A stretch of 12,186 nt of DNA. It comes from Elusimicrobiota bacterium (lineage in GTDB: Bacteria > Elusimicrobiota > Elusimicrobia > F11). This document shows, one piece after another, positions 1-9,598 of this stretch; the stretch's first letter is position 1, and the number at the start of each line of letters is the position of its first letter. Position numbers and translations under genes: made by a program. Under the pieces are notes generated by a model. The model was not told the origin of the DNA, searched no databases, and was given only the letters and a program-made list of their open reading frames with translations. The DNA is taken from the NCBI GenBank assembly GCA_046153645.1, contig JBJXGI010000083.1, positions 1 through 12,186 of the forward strand. Direction: 5' to 3'.

Positions 1-2
1 CT

Positions 3-1616
3 GGGAATATTGTAGAGGGAACTGTTGTAAGCCAATCTGAAGAATATCTTCTTGTTAATATTGGATTAAAGCACGAAGCAGCCATTCCCATAAAAGAATT
101 TAATAATAACATTCCAAAAGCGGGGGAAATTATTTCAGTCCTTGTTTTAAGAATGAGCGGCCCAGAAGGACGCCCCTTGGTTTCTTGGCGCCAAGCACGG
201 GAACGAAAAAATTGGGATGTTCTTCAGGAAAAGTTTCAAAAACAAGAAATTATTGATGCTAAAATCGTTCAAAAAATCAAAGGTGGTTTTATCGCCGATA
301 TTGGTTTAGACGCCTTCCTTCCTACCTCTCAAATCGAACTAAGACCCATTCATAATCATGACGATTACTTGGGAAAAACAATTCAAGTTCAAATTCTTGA
401 AATGGATAAACAAAAAGGAAATGTTCTTATTTCAAGAAGAAAAATTCTTGAAGGGCAGAAAGCGATTTTAAGAACTGAAACAATTCAAAAAATAAAAATC
501 GGACAAATTATTACAGGTAAAGTAACCGGGATTACAACTTTTGGCGCTTTTATTGATATAGGAGGAATTGAAGGTCTCCTCCATGTATCGGATATGGATT
601 GGATCAAAGTTGATAACCCTCAAAAGGTTGTTAAAGTAGGCCAAGAGCTTCAAGTTAAAGTAATAAAGTTTGACACGACAACGCAGAAAGTTTCTTTAAG
701 TAGAAAAGAGTTACTTCCTCATCCTTGGGAAGGAATTGAAAAGAAATTTCCTATTGGAACTGTTATTAAAGGAAAGGTAACAAGCTTAGCTGATTTTGGT
801 GCATTTGTTGAAATTGAGTCGGGTATTGAGGGATTGATTCATGTATCTGAACTTTCTTGGACGGAACGACATAAAAAACCTCATGGGATTCTTAAAGTTG
901 GTCAAGTAATAGAAGCTAAATTAATTGGAATTGAAAAAGAAAATGAAAAAATTTCTCTTAGTATTCGCCGATTAGGCGAAAACCCATGGGAAAAAGCGTC
1001 AAAAGCGCATCCTGTTGGTTCTAAGCTTGAAGGAGAAGTAACTCATTTAGCCGCCTTTGGCGCTTTTGTCAGAATTCCTGAAGGAATTGAGGCACTTCTT
1101 AAAACTCAAGACATTTCCTGGACTGAGAAAATACAATCTCCCCAACAAAAATTAAAAGTAGGCGATAAAATTTCCGCTGTTGTTTTGGAAGTAAACGCCG
1201 CTGAAGAAAAAATGTCCATCGGCCTCAAACAGTTAGAGCCAGATCCAATTAGACAATTAAAAGTAGGTCAAGAAATCACTGGAAACATCGTTAAAGTTTT
1301 GGATTTTGGTGTGTTTGTGAAGCTTCCTAATGGGTTGGATGGTCTGGTAAGAATGAATGAGTTAACCAATGAACGTTCTATGTTTGACACATCTCGACCT
1401 AAGACAAATGATGAAAAGCCTCAAGTGAAAGAAGGGGATTTAGTGACTGCGGTGGTATCAAAAATCCTTAAAAAAGAACGGAAAATTGAGCTTTCAGTAC
1501 GCAAATACGAAAAAGACCAAGAAAGACAACTTTTAAAGAAATATAGTAACACTTCAGCAGGGCCAACTTTAGGTGACGCTCTTGGCTGGCAGGATGAACC
1601 CACCAAAAAAAGTTAG
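3..1616 (+). CDS. rpsA: 30S ribosomal protein S1, 5'-partial
   Basis: Frame is open from base 3 (GNIVEGTVVSQSEEYLLVNIGLKHEAAIP) through the listed ATG at 153, so the true start is upstream of the window. Six S1 repeats visible, e.g. DAFLPTSQI, FGAFIDIGGIEGLLHVSDMDW, FGAFVEIESGIEGLIHVSELSW, FGVFVKLPNGLDGLV; C-terminal TLGD motif. Confidence 0.97.
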   Translation, partial: GNIVEGTVVSQSEEYLLVNIGLKHEAAIPIKEFNNNIPKAGEIISVLVLRMSGPEGRPLVSWRQARERKNWDVLQEKFQKQEIIDAKIVQKIKGGFIADIGLDAFLPTSQIELRPIHNHDDYLGKTIQVQILEMDKQKGNVLISRRKILEGQKAILRTETIQKIKIGQIITGKVTGITTFGAFIDIGGIEGLLHVSDMDWIKVDNPQKVVKVGQELQVKVIKFDTTTQKVSLSRKELLPHPWEGIEKKFPIGTVIKGKVTSLADFGAFVEIESGIEGLIHVSELSWTERHKKPHGILKVGQVIEAKLIGIEKENEKISLSIRRLGENPWEKASKAHPVGSKLEGEVTHLAAFGAFVRIPEGIEALLKTQDISWTEKIQSPQQKLKVGDKISAVVLEVNAAEEKMSIGLKQLEPDPIRQLKVGQEITGNIVKVLDFGVFVKLPNGLDGLVRMNELTNERSMFDTSRPKTNDEKPQVKEGDLVTAVVSKILKKERKIELSVRKYEKDQERQLLKKYSNTSAGPTLGDALGWQDEPTKKS

Positions 1617-4542
1617 ATTCTTTTTAAGAGATGAACGTCGTTTCCAAGCATTTCTAGCTCATTTTCTGTTAGAAGGGCGGGGAAAGCGTTTTTTTTCCGT
1701 TATATCGCTTCTTTTCCTTCTTTCATTTTTCTCTCCCATATTTTCCAGCACTCGCGTAGATCAATTTCAGTGGCAACATGTTCAAACTGAACATTTCGAT
1801 ATTTATTTCGATGAAAGTAGCAGCCTGTTAACTCCTCGAATGGCGCATTATCTAGAAAAAGCCTGGTCGGAAGTGGGAAAAACTTATGATTTTTATGTTC
1901 CCGAACGCACGCCATTTTTCTTTTATTCCAATCATAATGAGTTTGAGCAAACCAACATTGTTAACATTGGAGAAGGGACCGGTGGTGTAACAGAAGCTTT
2001 TAAAAACCGTTTCCTCATATTTAATGATGGTTCAGAAACATGGATGAAACACGTCATTTATCATGAGTTCACACACGTTGTTCAATTCAATATTTTATAT
2101 GGAGGTTTTTGGAAATCAGCGCGACTATTAAAATCTCCTTTTTATCCTTTATGGTTTATGGAGGGTTGCGCGGAGTTTGGTTCTGGTGATATTGATGAAG
2201 CCCTAGGGGACATGGTTGTTCGTGATGCCGTTTTTAATAAAAATTTACCACTTCTTCCTGAACTTCAAGGTTTTTCCCATCTTAAGCCAAACCAGGTAAC
2301 CTTGGGGTATAAAACTGGCGAAGCGGCCGTTGCCTTTCTTAAAGATGAATTTGGCCAGGAAAAAGTAAAGGAACTCTTTCTTGTTATTAAAGATCACTTT
2401 GATATTTCTTCCGCACTTGACCAAACATTGGGTTTGGATCTTTTTCGTTTTGACTTTCGGTTTCAAGAATGGATGAATGATAAATATGCGCTCTTTTTTG
2501 AGACCGCTCAAACTCCGGATCAATATGGTCTTAAAGTCACGCAGTCTGATGGAATTCCTCAATTTAATGAGGGGCCTGCTTTATCTCCAGATGGAGAAAA
2601 GCTTTATTATTTTAGTGACCAAGGAGGGCCTACCGAATTATATGAGTTAAACCTCAAAACAAATCAAAAAACAAAGTTGATTGGGTTGGAATGGTCTCAA
2701 CTTGAACATATTCAGCCCGGAGGAAAATCAATTTCGGTTTCAAAAGATGGTCGTCGATTGGTTTTTGTTGGTGAAAAACTTCAGAGAGATTATTTATATT
2801 TTTATGACTTATTAGAAAAAAAACTAGAGAAGGTACAAGTTCCTTTTGACGAGGTTCGTTCGCCAGCTTTCTCTCCGATTGATAATAATGAATTGGTTTG
2901 TGTAGGAATGATGAGAGGCTACAACGATTTATATATTGTTAATACAAAAGCGGAGATAAAAAAAAGATTAACCAATTCACCTCAAGATGAGCGTTCTCCC
3001 ACTTATTCGATTGATGGAAGTAAAGTTTATTTTTCTGGCGAAGTTTTAACTGAAGATAAGGAAAACCCTGCCGGGCGTGATATTTTCTCCATTAATATTT
3101 CTGACTTACTGCTCTCCAAAATAACCGATCTTCCCGGTATAGAAATGGAACCGGAAACCTTACCTAATGGTGATATTGTTTTTGTCCGAGATAGAGACGA
3201 TAATAATCAATTGGGGTTTGATTTGTGGCTCTTGCGACAGGGACAAACCATTCCCATTCGTTTAACACAAAGTGTTGGTGGGATGTTCACACCTCGATAC
3301 GATCTCTCTCATCAAAATTTATGGTATGTCGGTTTTTTTGGTGGAGAAAGACATATTTTCAAAGGTCATCAAAACCTCATTCCAAGCAAACCCGTCGTTT
3401 CGTCTTCTTCTGAAACAATTTCATCAGACTCAATTTTATCGAGCACTGAAGTTGTTAATACAAACATGAAGTCCAATACACAAGCATGGCTTCATTGGCC
3501 AAAAAATGATTCATCTCCATTATTTCTAGGCCCATCCAATCCTTATAAATTCAAAGGTTCTACCGATTTATTTCTTCCATTCTTCTTTTATTCCAGTCAA
3601 GATGGTTTGGTTTTTATTAATTTACTTCAAGCGTCCGATTTGTTGGGGAATCACCAATTATCCCAACAGTTGCAATTTTCATCTGGGAATGATTTTTATG
3701 ATTTAGCAATGGCCTATACTTATGCGCGCTTTCGACCTCAATTTACTTTTGCTGTTCGAAATTCTCGATTTTATCGAACTCTTGCAGAAGACGAACAAAG
3801 ACGAGAAACAAATGCCATTGTTTCAGCAGGATATCCATTGGACAGATATAACGCCATAAACCTTGGTCTTGGTATAACCAATCGGGAAGATTTATTTTTT
3901 GATTTATCTGAACCAAACAATCAATTAAAAGATCGTTTTATTATTGGTACTTTCTCGCACTCGACTATCACAGGTCGGTATCTGGTTCCTACAAGAGGGA
4001 GAAAACTTGATATATTTTATCAACAAGGAAGCGATATTCTCTCAGGCGATCAACAATATAAATCGGGAGGCGTAGAAGCAGCCCAATATATTCCTTTCCC
4101 TCGAGAAAGCACCTTTGCTTCAAGAATCTTTTATGGCAGGAGTTCGGGACGAAATTCACAAGTGTTTAGATTGGGTGGTTCTGATCGAATTAGAGGTCTC
4201 TCACAAAGATCTGATGACAATAAAAAAACAAATTCGATAATTGCTTCTTCTGAAATGCGATTTCGATTAAAGTATTTGAATGCGCGTACGAAATTTTTAT
4301 TTCCAGATTTCTTTTTTAAAGCGGCTTATCTTGTAGTATTTAATGACGTCGGTTATGGGTGGGATTCTCGAGAAGAACGTAAAGAATTCAAGTTAAATAA
4401 AGCCTACAATTCAACAGGCCTCGCCATTTCTTGGCCCACTTTTATTTTGCAAAGTTTTCAGTTAAATTTAACAGTACAATACGCCAAAAGAACAGACAAT
4501 GGTGGAGATGTTTGGTACATAACCACAGGTCCTTCTTTCTAA
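1594..4542 (+). CDS. Outer membrane protein: gluzincin/peptidase-MA-like domain + TolB/PD40 beta-propeller + Omp85 (BamA/TamA-type) barrel
   Basis: Hydrophobic signal-like stretch (FFSVISLLFLLSFFSPIFS); HEFTH at 2062-2076 with downstream PLWFMEGCAE; about six PD40-like repeats (PALSPDGEKLYYFS, SVSKDGRRLVF, SPAFSP, SPTYSIDGSKVYFS); Ser-rich linker ~3380-3465; C-terminal amphipathic strands with FRLGGSDRIRG (Omp85 loop-6 VRGF/Y-like) and terminal Phe. Start uncertain: ATG 1594 chosen over GTG 1573. Confidence 0.82.
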   Translation: MNPPKKVRFFLRDERRFQAFLAHFLLEGRGKRFFSVISLLFLLSFFSPIFSSTRVDQFQWQHVQTEHFDIYFDESSSLLTPRMAHYLEKAWSEVGKTYDFYVPERTPFFFYSNHNEFEQTNIVNIGEGTGGVTEAFKNRFLIFNDGSETWMKHVIYHEFTHVVQFNILYGGFWKSARLLKSPFYPLWFMEGCAEFGSGDIDEALGDMVVRDAVFNKNLPLLPELQGFSHLKPNQVTLGYKTGEAAVAFLKDEFGQEKVKELFLVIKDHFDISSALDQTLGLDLFRFDFRFQEWMNDKYALFFETAQTPDQYGLKVTQSDGIPQFNEGPALSPDGEKLYYFSDQGGPTELYELNLKTNQKTKLIGLEWSQLEHIQPGGKSISVSKDGRRLVFVGEKLQRDYLYFYDLLEKKLEKVQVPFDEVRSPAFSPIDNNELVCVGMMRGYNDLYIVNTKAEIKKRLTNSPQDERSPTYSIDGSKVYFSGEVLTEDKENPAGRDIFSINISDLLLSKITDLPGIEMEPETLPNGDIVFVRDRDDNNQLGFDLWLLRQGQTIPIRLTQSVGGMFTPRYDLSHQNLWYVGFFGGERHIFKGHQNLIPSKPVVSSSSETISSDSILSSTEVVNTNMKSNTQAWLHWPKNDSSPLFLGPSNPYKFKGSTDLFLPFFFYSSQDGLVFINLLQASDLLGNHQLSQQLQFSSGNDFYDLAMAYTYARFRPQFTFAVRNSRFYRTLAEDEQRRETNAIVSAGYPLDRYNAINLGLGITNREDLFFDLSEPNNQLKDRFIIGTFSHSTITGRYLVPTRGRKLDIFYQQGSDILSGDQQYKSGGVEAAQYIPFPRESTFASRIFYGRSSGRNSQVFRLGGSDRIRGLSQRSDDNKKTNSIIASSEMRFRLKYLNARTKFLFPDFFFKAAYLVVFNDVGYGWDSREERKEFKLNKAYNSTGLAISWPTFILQSFQLNLTVQYAKRTDNGGDVWYITTGPSF

Positions 4543-4560
4543 AAAATGTAAGATTGATTT

Positions 4561-6300
4561 ATGAAAAAATTTCAGAAAATTTTCTTCTTTTTTTTACTTT
4601 CAACTTCAGCTCTTTGCGCGGAGGTTTCAGTAAAAATAGTCCAACCATATGATAATTCTACTTTCCCTCATATCAAGAAATCTTTTGTATTTGGCTCTGT
4701 TACTCCCGCCACAGCTACTTTAAAAGTAAACGGGATTGATGTTCAACCCACCTCAAACGGAGGTTTTTTAGTAATGATTCCTTTTGAAGAGGGGAAATTT
4801 AAAATTGAAGCTGTTGCCACTGATGGCGTATCAATATCAACGGCGACACGATTTGTAAACGTAAGAGCGCCAGCTAGTTCTTATCCCGAAAATTTCAAGA
4901 AAATTGAGGTCATAAATCCTAAATCCAAAATTGTTGTTAGACCGGGAGATTCCATTCCCGTGGCGTTCCAATCTGCCCCCGGTGGAGTGGCAACTTTCAG
5001 AGTGGATGATTCGAATCCTATTTCAATGGAAGAGCAGCCAGGTGAAATTCAAGGAATATACAAAGCTGTTTTCATCGCACAACCAGAAGATAAATTTAAT
5101 GATGCCGATATCTTTTTTTCTTTAAAACGAAAAGATGGCGTTAAAATTTCCGGAAAATCTGGATCAAAAATTACTATTCAGCGTAGGCGAAACCCTCGAA
5201 TGTTGGAAATCAAAGAAAATTCAATTTTATTAACCGCTCCTGATTCAGATTCAGGGTACAACCTTTTTCTGTATCCTGGCACCAAAATGGAAATCGTCGG
5301 TGAATGGGGAGATTTTTACAAGGTGAGCGCAGGTGAATCTTGTGTTGGTTGGGTAAAAAAAATATTTACAACAGAACTTCCCATTGGTGCTTATCCACCT
5401 AAATCAACATCTCGAAATTTAAGAATTAGCACCACTTCAATGAATTCGACAATAGTAGAGATTCCACTCCAAAATAAACACGCCTTTCGCATTGAGCAAA
5501 TGACACACCCCCATACCATTAGATTGACTCTTTTTGGTGTCACAGCGGATTCTGATCGAATACGCTACCGAGGAAAAGATTCAACTATTCGTGAAGTGAC
5601 TTGGCAACAAGACGATTCAAATACATGTACTTTCAATATTTATACTGACCAAAGGATTTCATGGGGATATGATGTTCGTTATGAGGGGAATTCACTGGTT
5701 TTAGAATTAAGACATCGACCCAAGACCTATAACATCAAAGGGCTTCCTTTAAAAGGTATTCGAGTGGTTGTTGACGCAGGACATTCTTTTTCGAGTTTTG
5801 GGACGATTGGGCCTTTGGGAAATACGGAAGCCTCTATTTCATTAAAAGTAGCCAATACAGCGAAAAATGAATTAGAAAAAAAAGGGGCCGAAGTTATTTT
5901 AACCCAAGATGGGACAAAAGAATTATCACTTAACGATCGAGTCGTTCATGCATGGAATGCTCGAGGAGATTTGTTTATTAGTATTCATGCTGACGCTTGC
6001 GCGGAAGGTCAGAACCCCAATGAAATAGAAGGATATAGTGTCCATTACTTTCATCCACAAAGCAGAAAATTAGCAGAAATTATCCATCGCATTTATGGGC
6101 AAAAAACAGCTTTTCGTGACCAGGGATTGTGGCGCTCTAATTTAGCGGTATGCCGAATGACTCAAATGCCCTCTATCTTATTAGAACAAGGCTTTCTTAT
6201 CTTACCTCAGTTTGAAGAAATTATGTTGTCACAAAAACACCAACAAGATGTAGCCGAAATATTAACACAATCTATTATTGATCTCTTGGATCAACCTTAA
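4561..6300 (+). CDS. Secreted N-acetylmuramoyl-L-alanine amidase (Amidase_3) with long N-terminal accessory region
   Basis: Signal peptide MKKFQKIFFFFLLSTSALCA; C-terminal domain has the Zn/catalytic motifs VVDAGH, NTEA, FISIHAD, PSILLEQGF; SH3-like segment (GTKMEIVGEWGDFYKV...GWV) upstream. Confidence 0.92.
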   Translation: MKKFQKIFFFFLLSTSALCAEVSVKIVQPYDNSTFPHIKKSFVFGSVTPATATLKVNGIDVQPTSNGGFLVMIPFEEGKFKIEAVATDGVSISTATRFVNVRAPASSYPENFKKIEVINPKSKIVVRPGDSIPVAFQSAPGGVATFRVDDSNPISMEEQPGEIQGIYKAVFIAQPEDKFNDADIFFSLKRKDGVKISGKSGSKITIQRRRNPRMLEIKENSILLTAPDSDSGYNLFLYPGTKMEIVGEWGDFYKVSAGESCVGWVKKIFTTELPIGAYPPKSTSRNLRISTTSMNSTIVEIPLQNKHAFRIEQMTHPHTIRLTLFGVTADSDRIRYRGKDSTIREVTWQQDDSNTCTFNIYTDQRISWGYDVRYEGNSLVLELRHRPKTYNIKGLPLKGIRVVVDAGHSFSSFGTIGPLGNTEASISLKVANTAKNELEKKGAEVILTQDGTKELSLNDRVVHAWNARGDLFISIHADACAEGQNPNEIEGYSVHYFHPQSRKLAEIIHRIYGQKTAFRDQGLWRSNLAVCRMTQMPSILLEQGFLILPQFEEIMLSQKHQQDVAEILTQSIIDLLDQP

Positions 6301-7122
6301 ATGAGGTTAATGAGTTTAATAAAAAATAAATTTCGTTATTTTTCAGGAATGGCGATCTTTTTACTTTTCTTTTCACTTCTTCATTCTGCAGAATTTCCTA
6401 AAAAAGCTGTGGTCGTTTGGCCCGTGGCTAACATTCGTTCAGAGCTTATTCCTAAAACATCCGATTATCTTTACGATCCTCTCCAAGAAACACAAGTAGA
6501 AAAAGGGGAATTGATTATTGTTCAAGAAGAAAAAAATAATTGGGTTAGAGTCAATTGTTTAGAACAAATAGAATTTACTCATCATTCCAAATGGGAAGGA
6601 TATCCTGGTTGGGTTGAAAAAGCGGCAATAAGTTATGAATTATCTCACCGTGTAAGACCTCAAAAATACAAGGCTTCCAAAAATGAAATTCGCCAACGCG
6701 TTTTAAAAATGGCTGAGCGTCATTTAGGAAATCGTTATTTATGGGGAGGCCGTTCACTTTTTGATACAACCAACACCTTCACTGTGACCGGAGTTGATTG
6801 CTCTGGACTTGTTAATTGGTCTTTCCGTCAATTGGGTATTTTAATTCCAAGAGATGCGCATGAACAATATATGAAGTCTAAAAAGATATCCCCAGAAAAG
6901 TTAAAACCTGGTGATCTTATATTCATGGCCAAAGTAGATAAACCTTCAAAAATTGTTCATGTTATGTTTTTTGAAAATGATGAAACAATTATTGAAGCTC
7001 CTTTTTCTGGTGAAAATGTGAGAAGAATTTCTATTCAAGAGCGTCTTGGCAAAAACAAAGCAGAATTATCAAATGGAATGCGGGTTGGTGAGCGCATTAT
7101 ATATTTCGGTACTTTTTTCTAG
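6301..7122 (+). CDS. SH3b + NlpC/P60 cysteine peptidase, YkfC/dipeptidyl-peptidase VI-like (gamma-D-Glu-diamino acid endopeptidase)
   Basis: YLWGG, GVDCSGLV (Cys codon 6799), IPRDAHEQ, PGDLIF, HVM, IIEA motifs; N-terminal ETQ...GE and GYPGWV resemble the YkfC SH3b region; signal-like N-terminus. Start could be 6301 or 6310. Substrate is inferred. Confidence 0.88.
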   Translation: MRLMSLIKNKFRYFSGMAIFLLFFSLLHSAEFPKKAVVVWPVANIRSELIPKTSDYLYDPLQETQVEKGELIIVQEEKNNWVRVNCLEQIEFTHHSKWEGYPGWVEKAAISYELSHRVRPQKYKASKNEIRQRVLKMAERHLGNRYLWGGRSLFDTTNTFTVTGVDCSGLVNWSFRQLGILIPRDAHEQYMKSKKISPEKLKPGDLIFMAKVDKPSKIVHVMFFENDETIIEAPFSGENVRRISIQERLGKNKAELSNGMRVGERIIYFGTFF

Positions 7123-7126
7123 GGAG
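7121..7126 (+). promoter_or_regulatory. Shine-Dalgarno site of the APC permease
   Basis: AGGGAG ending 5 nt before ATG 7132, overlapping the upstream TAG stop. Confidence 0.65.
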
Positions 7127-7131
7127 AAATC

Positions 7132-8451
7132 ATGGAACCTCAACTCAAACGAGAATTAGGTTTATTTACTTGTATCTTACTTGTTATAGGAAATATTATT
7201 GGCGTTGGTATTTTTACAACTCCAGGAGAAATTGCACGAGATTTGCCAACCGCAGGATGGGTCCTTATCGCATGGCTTATTGGTGGACTTATGGCGATTG
7301 CAGGGGCTCTCACCTATGCTGAGTTAGGCGCCATGATGCCGAAGGCTGGCGGTAACTATGTTTTTTTAAAAGAAGCCTATGGCCCGTTGTGGGGGTTCCT
7401 TTATGGTTGGGCCTATTCACTGGTCACAACGGCTGGTACAATCGCCCTCCTGGCAATAGGCTTTGGAGAGTATCTGGGAATTACAACAGGAACTTGGACC
7501 TCTAAAATATTTTCAATTATCGTTATCTTGGTGGTTACCTTCATTAATATGCGCGGGGTTAAGTTGGGGGGCCTCGTCATGGATGGAATAACGCTTTTAA
7601 AAATTGCAGCTATGCTGTTTTTGGTTTTCTTAGGCCTTTTCTTAGGTAATGGACATTCAGATCATTTCTCTCCTTTTATTTCTGGAAATTCAGGCTCCGC
7701 TTTATTGGCTATTGCAGCTGCGCTTGTCCCGATGGCGTTTGCTTATTCTGGCTGGAATTCAACTGTGATTGTTGCCGAAGAAGTTAAAGACCCAGGACGA
7801 CTGATTCCACTTTCTTTATTTCTTGGGACATTGATTACGACCATCATCTATATTTTGATGAATGTTGTTTATCTCTATGCGATGCCTTTAACTCAATTGG
7901 TGGGGGAAGTTAAAGTGGCTCATGCTGCCGCGGGCAATTTATTTGGCCCTTGGGCCACTCGTTTAATGACGGCTCTTGTGGCTACTTCAGTTTTGGGTTG
8001 TTTGACAGCCACAATGCTTTCAAATACGAGAACTGTTTTTGCTTTAAGCCGCGATGGTTATTTTTTCCCTTTTGCAGGAAAAGTTCACCCTACTTATGGA
8101 ACTCCCAATGGAGCCATTTTATTTGAAGGACTTTGGGCGTGCGTTCTTGTGTTGATTGGAAATTTTGAAACCATTTTAAGAGTTGTTTCTGTTCCATTGG
8201 TTATTATTTCAACGATGACAGTATTATCTATATTTGTATTTCGTAGAAAAAACCCTGACATGAATCGTCCCTATAAATGCTGGGGATACCCGGTTGTTCC
8301 TGCGATTTATGTTCTCATCTCATTTTTTATGTTATACGCAACCGTTATTAAGCGTGGCATATATGGCCCCATAGGAATCTTGGTGTTTATTCTGGGAATT
8401 CCTGTTTATTACATTTGGAAATCAAAAATGAAAACGGAATTATGGAAGTAA
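7132..8451 (+). CDS. APC-superfamily amino acid permease (LAT/SteT/FrlA-like)
   Basis: LKRELG, GNIIGVGIF, YAELGAMMPKAGGNY, FAYSGWN, AEEVKDP, HPTYGTP, RPYKCWGYP motifs; about 12 hydrophobic segments. Confidence 0.95.
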   Translation: MEPQLKRELGLFTCILLVIGNIIGVGIFTTPGEIARDLPTAGWVLIAWLIGGLMAIAGALTYAELGAMMPKAGGNYVFLKEAYGPLWGFLYGWAYSLVTTAGTIALLAIGFGEYLGITTGTWTSKIFSIIVILVVTFINMRGVKLGGLVMDGITLLKIAAMLFLVFLGLFLGNGHSDHFSPFISGNSGSALLAIAAALVPMAFAYSGWNSTVIVAEEVKDPGRLIPLSLFLGTLITTIIYILMNVVYLYAMPLTQLVGEVKVAHAAAGNLFGPWATRLMTALVATSVLGCLTATMLSNTRTVFALSRDGYFFPFAGKVHPTYGTPNGAILFEGLWACVLVLIGNFETILRVVSVPLVIISTMTVLSIFVFRRKNPDMNRPYKCWGYPVVPAIYVLISFFMLYATVIKRGIYGPIGILVFILGIPVYYIWKSKMKTELWK

Positions 8452-9598
8452 CGATTTTAATCATAAAAGTTATTTCTTTATTATTTTTCATTCTCTATTT
8501 TTCGACTCTTCCCTTTACTCAGAAAATTCAAAACTTCTTTCCAATTCCTTTCTGGCTTTATTTTTTATCGATGACCTTAAGTCAACTTGGGTTTTTTCCA
8601 AAAGCATCACCCTTATATGGGTGGATAAGTCTCTATGTGTTAGTCGCCGCTATCTTTCTTATGATTATTGGAACTTCAATGAAAGAATTGAGATCTATGG
8701 GACGGAAGGCTTCTCTGGCTATGTTTCTTGCCACTTCGACAATGTTCTTTGCGGCGTTATTAACTTTTGCAGGATTTATGAAGTTCTTGCCAGAAGACGC
8801 CTGGAAATCAACAGGAGCTCTTTTAGGTACTTGGATTGGTGGTAGCGTCAATATGATTGCGGTAAAAGAATTTTTCGCGCTTTCTGAGCTAAGTTTTGCT
8901 CCGCTTATTATCGTTGATACTATTGTTTCTTATTCGTGGATGGCCTTTTTGTTATTGGGTGTTGGTTTTCAAAAGTGGTTTGATAAAAATATTCCTATTG
9001 TTGAAAATGCCGAAATAGAATTAATCACCCAGAAAACCATCAACCCCAATCAATTCAAAAATATAGTTACATGTTTATTCATTTCAGCTGGTTTTTCTTT
9101 TGTTTTGAGCTTTATTGGTAAAAAATTAAATATCTCTTTTCCAGTTTTATCAACAACGGCCTGGGCTATTTTTCTTTGTTCTACAGCCGCATTATTGTTA
9201 TCTGAAACTAGATTAAAGAAATTAAAAGAGTTTGATTCTCAGAAAATAGGGCAAATTCTTCTTTATGTCGTTTTAATAAGCATCGGTGCCAAAGCGGGGT
9301 TAGATTCTTTGCAGGGAGTTCCTATTTTTATTTTTTTGGTACTAGCATTATGCTTATTCATGGAATTTTATTATTGGTCATAGGTCGCGCGCTAAAGATA
9401 CCCTTATTTTTGTTGGCCATATCAAGTCAGGCGAATGTGGGAGGAGCCGTTTCTGCGCCTATCTTAGCGGCTGCCTATCGACCAAAAGTTTCCCATTTGG
9501 GCGTGTTAATGGCAGTTTTAGGCACTGTGATCGGAACCTACTTAGGTATTCTAGGCGGATGGATTTGTCATAGAATTTCAGATTGGTACCTCCAATGA
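8442..9598 (+). CDS. DUF819 (YjcL-like) multi-pass membrane protein, frameshifted at T7 tract 9331-9337
   Basis: First frame carries GTWIGGSVNM and IIVDTIV; second frame (listed ORF 9350-9598) carries SQANVGGAVSAPILAAAY. One extra T at 9331-9337 joins them as PIFIFFGTSIMLIHG, giving 385 aa from ATG 8442. May be a pseudogene, sequencing error or recoded gene. Confidence 0.8.

Noticed and set aside
153..155. ATG 153 as rpsA start
   Set aside because: Frame is open to the window edge and encodes the first S1 repeat upstream of it.
1630..1656. Twin-arginine (Tat) signal in DERRFQAFL
   Set aside because: Does not fit S/T-R-R-x-F-L-K spacing, and beta-barrel proteins use Sec.
4588..4595. T8 tract in the amidase signal region (also T8 at 1689-1696, A8 at 5876-5883) as phase-variation sites
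   Set aside because: In frame, and such runs are frequent in this AT-rich window.
468..8851. Short antisense and alternate-frame ORFs (468-653, 1421-1606, 1700-1915, 2245-2562, 3225-3469, 4431-4652, 4931-5125, 6575-6769, 8621-8851)
   Set aside because: All overlap well-supported genes and show no recognisable motifs; consistent with shadow ORFs.
9350..9598. Independent 82-aa gene
   Set aside because: It is the C-terminal part of the DUF819 protein; no SD and it joins cleanly with one added T.
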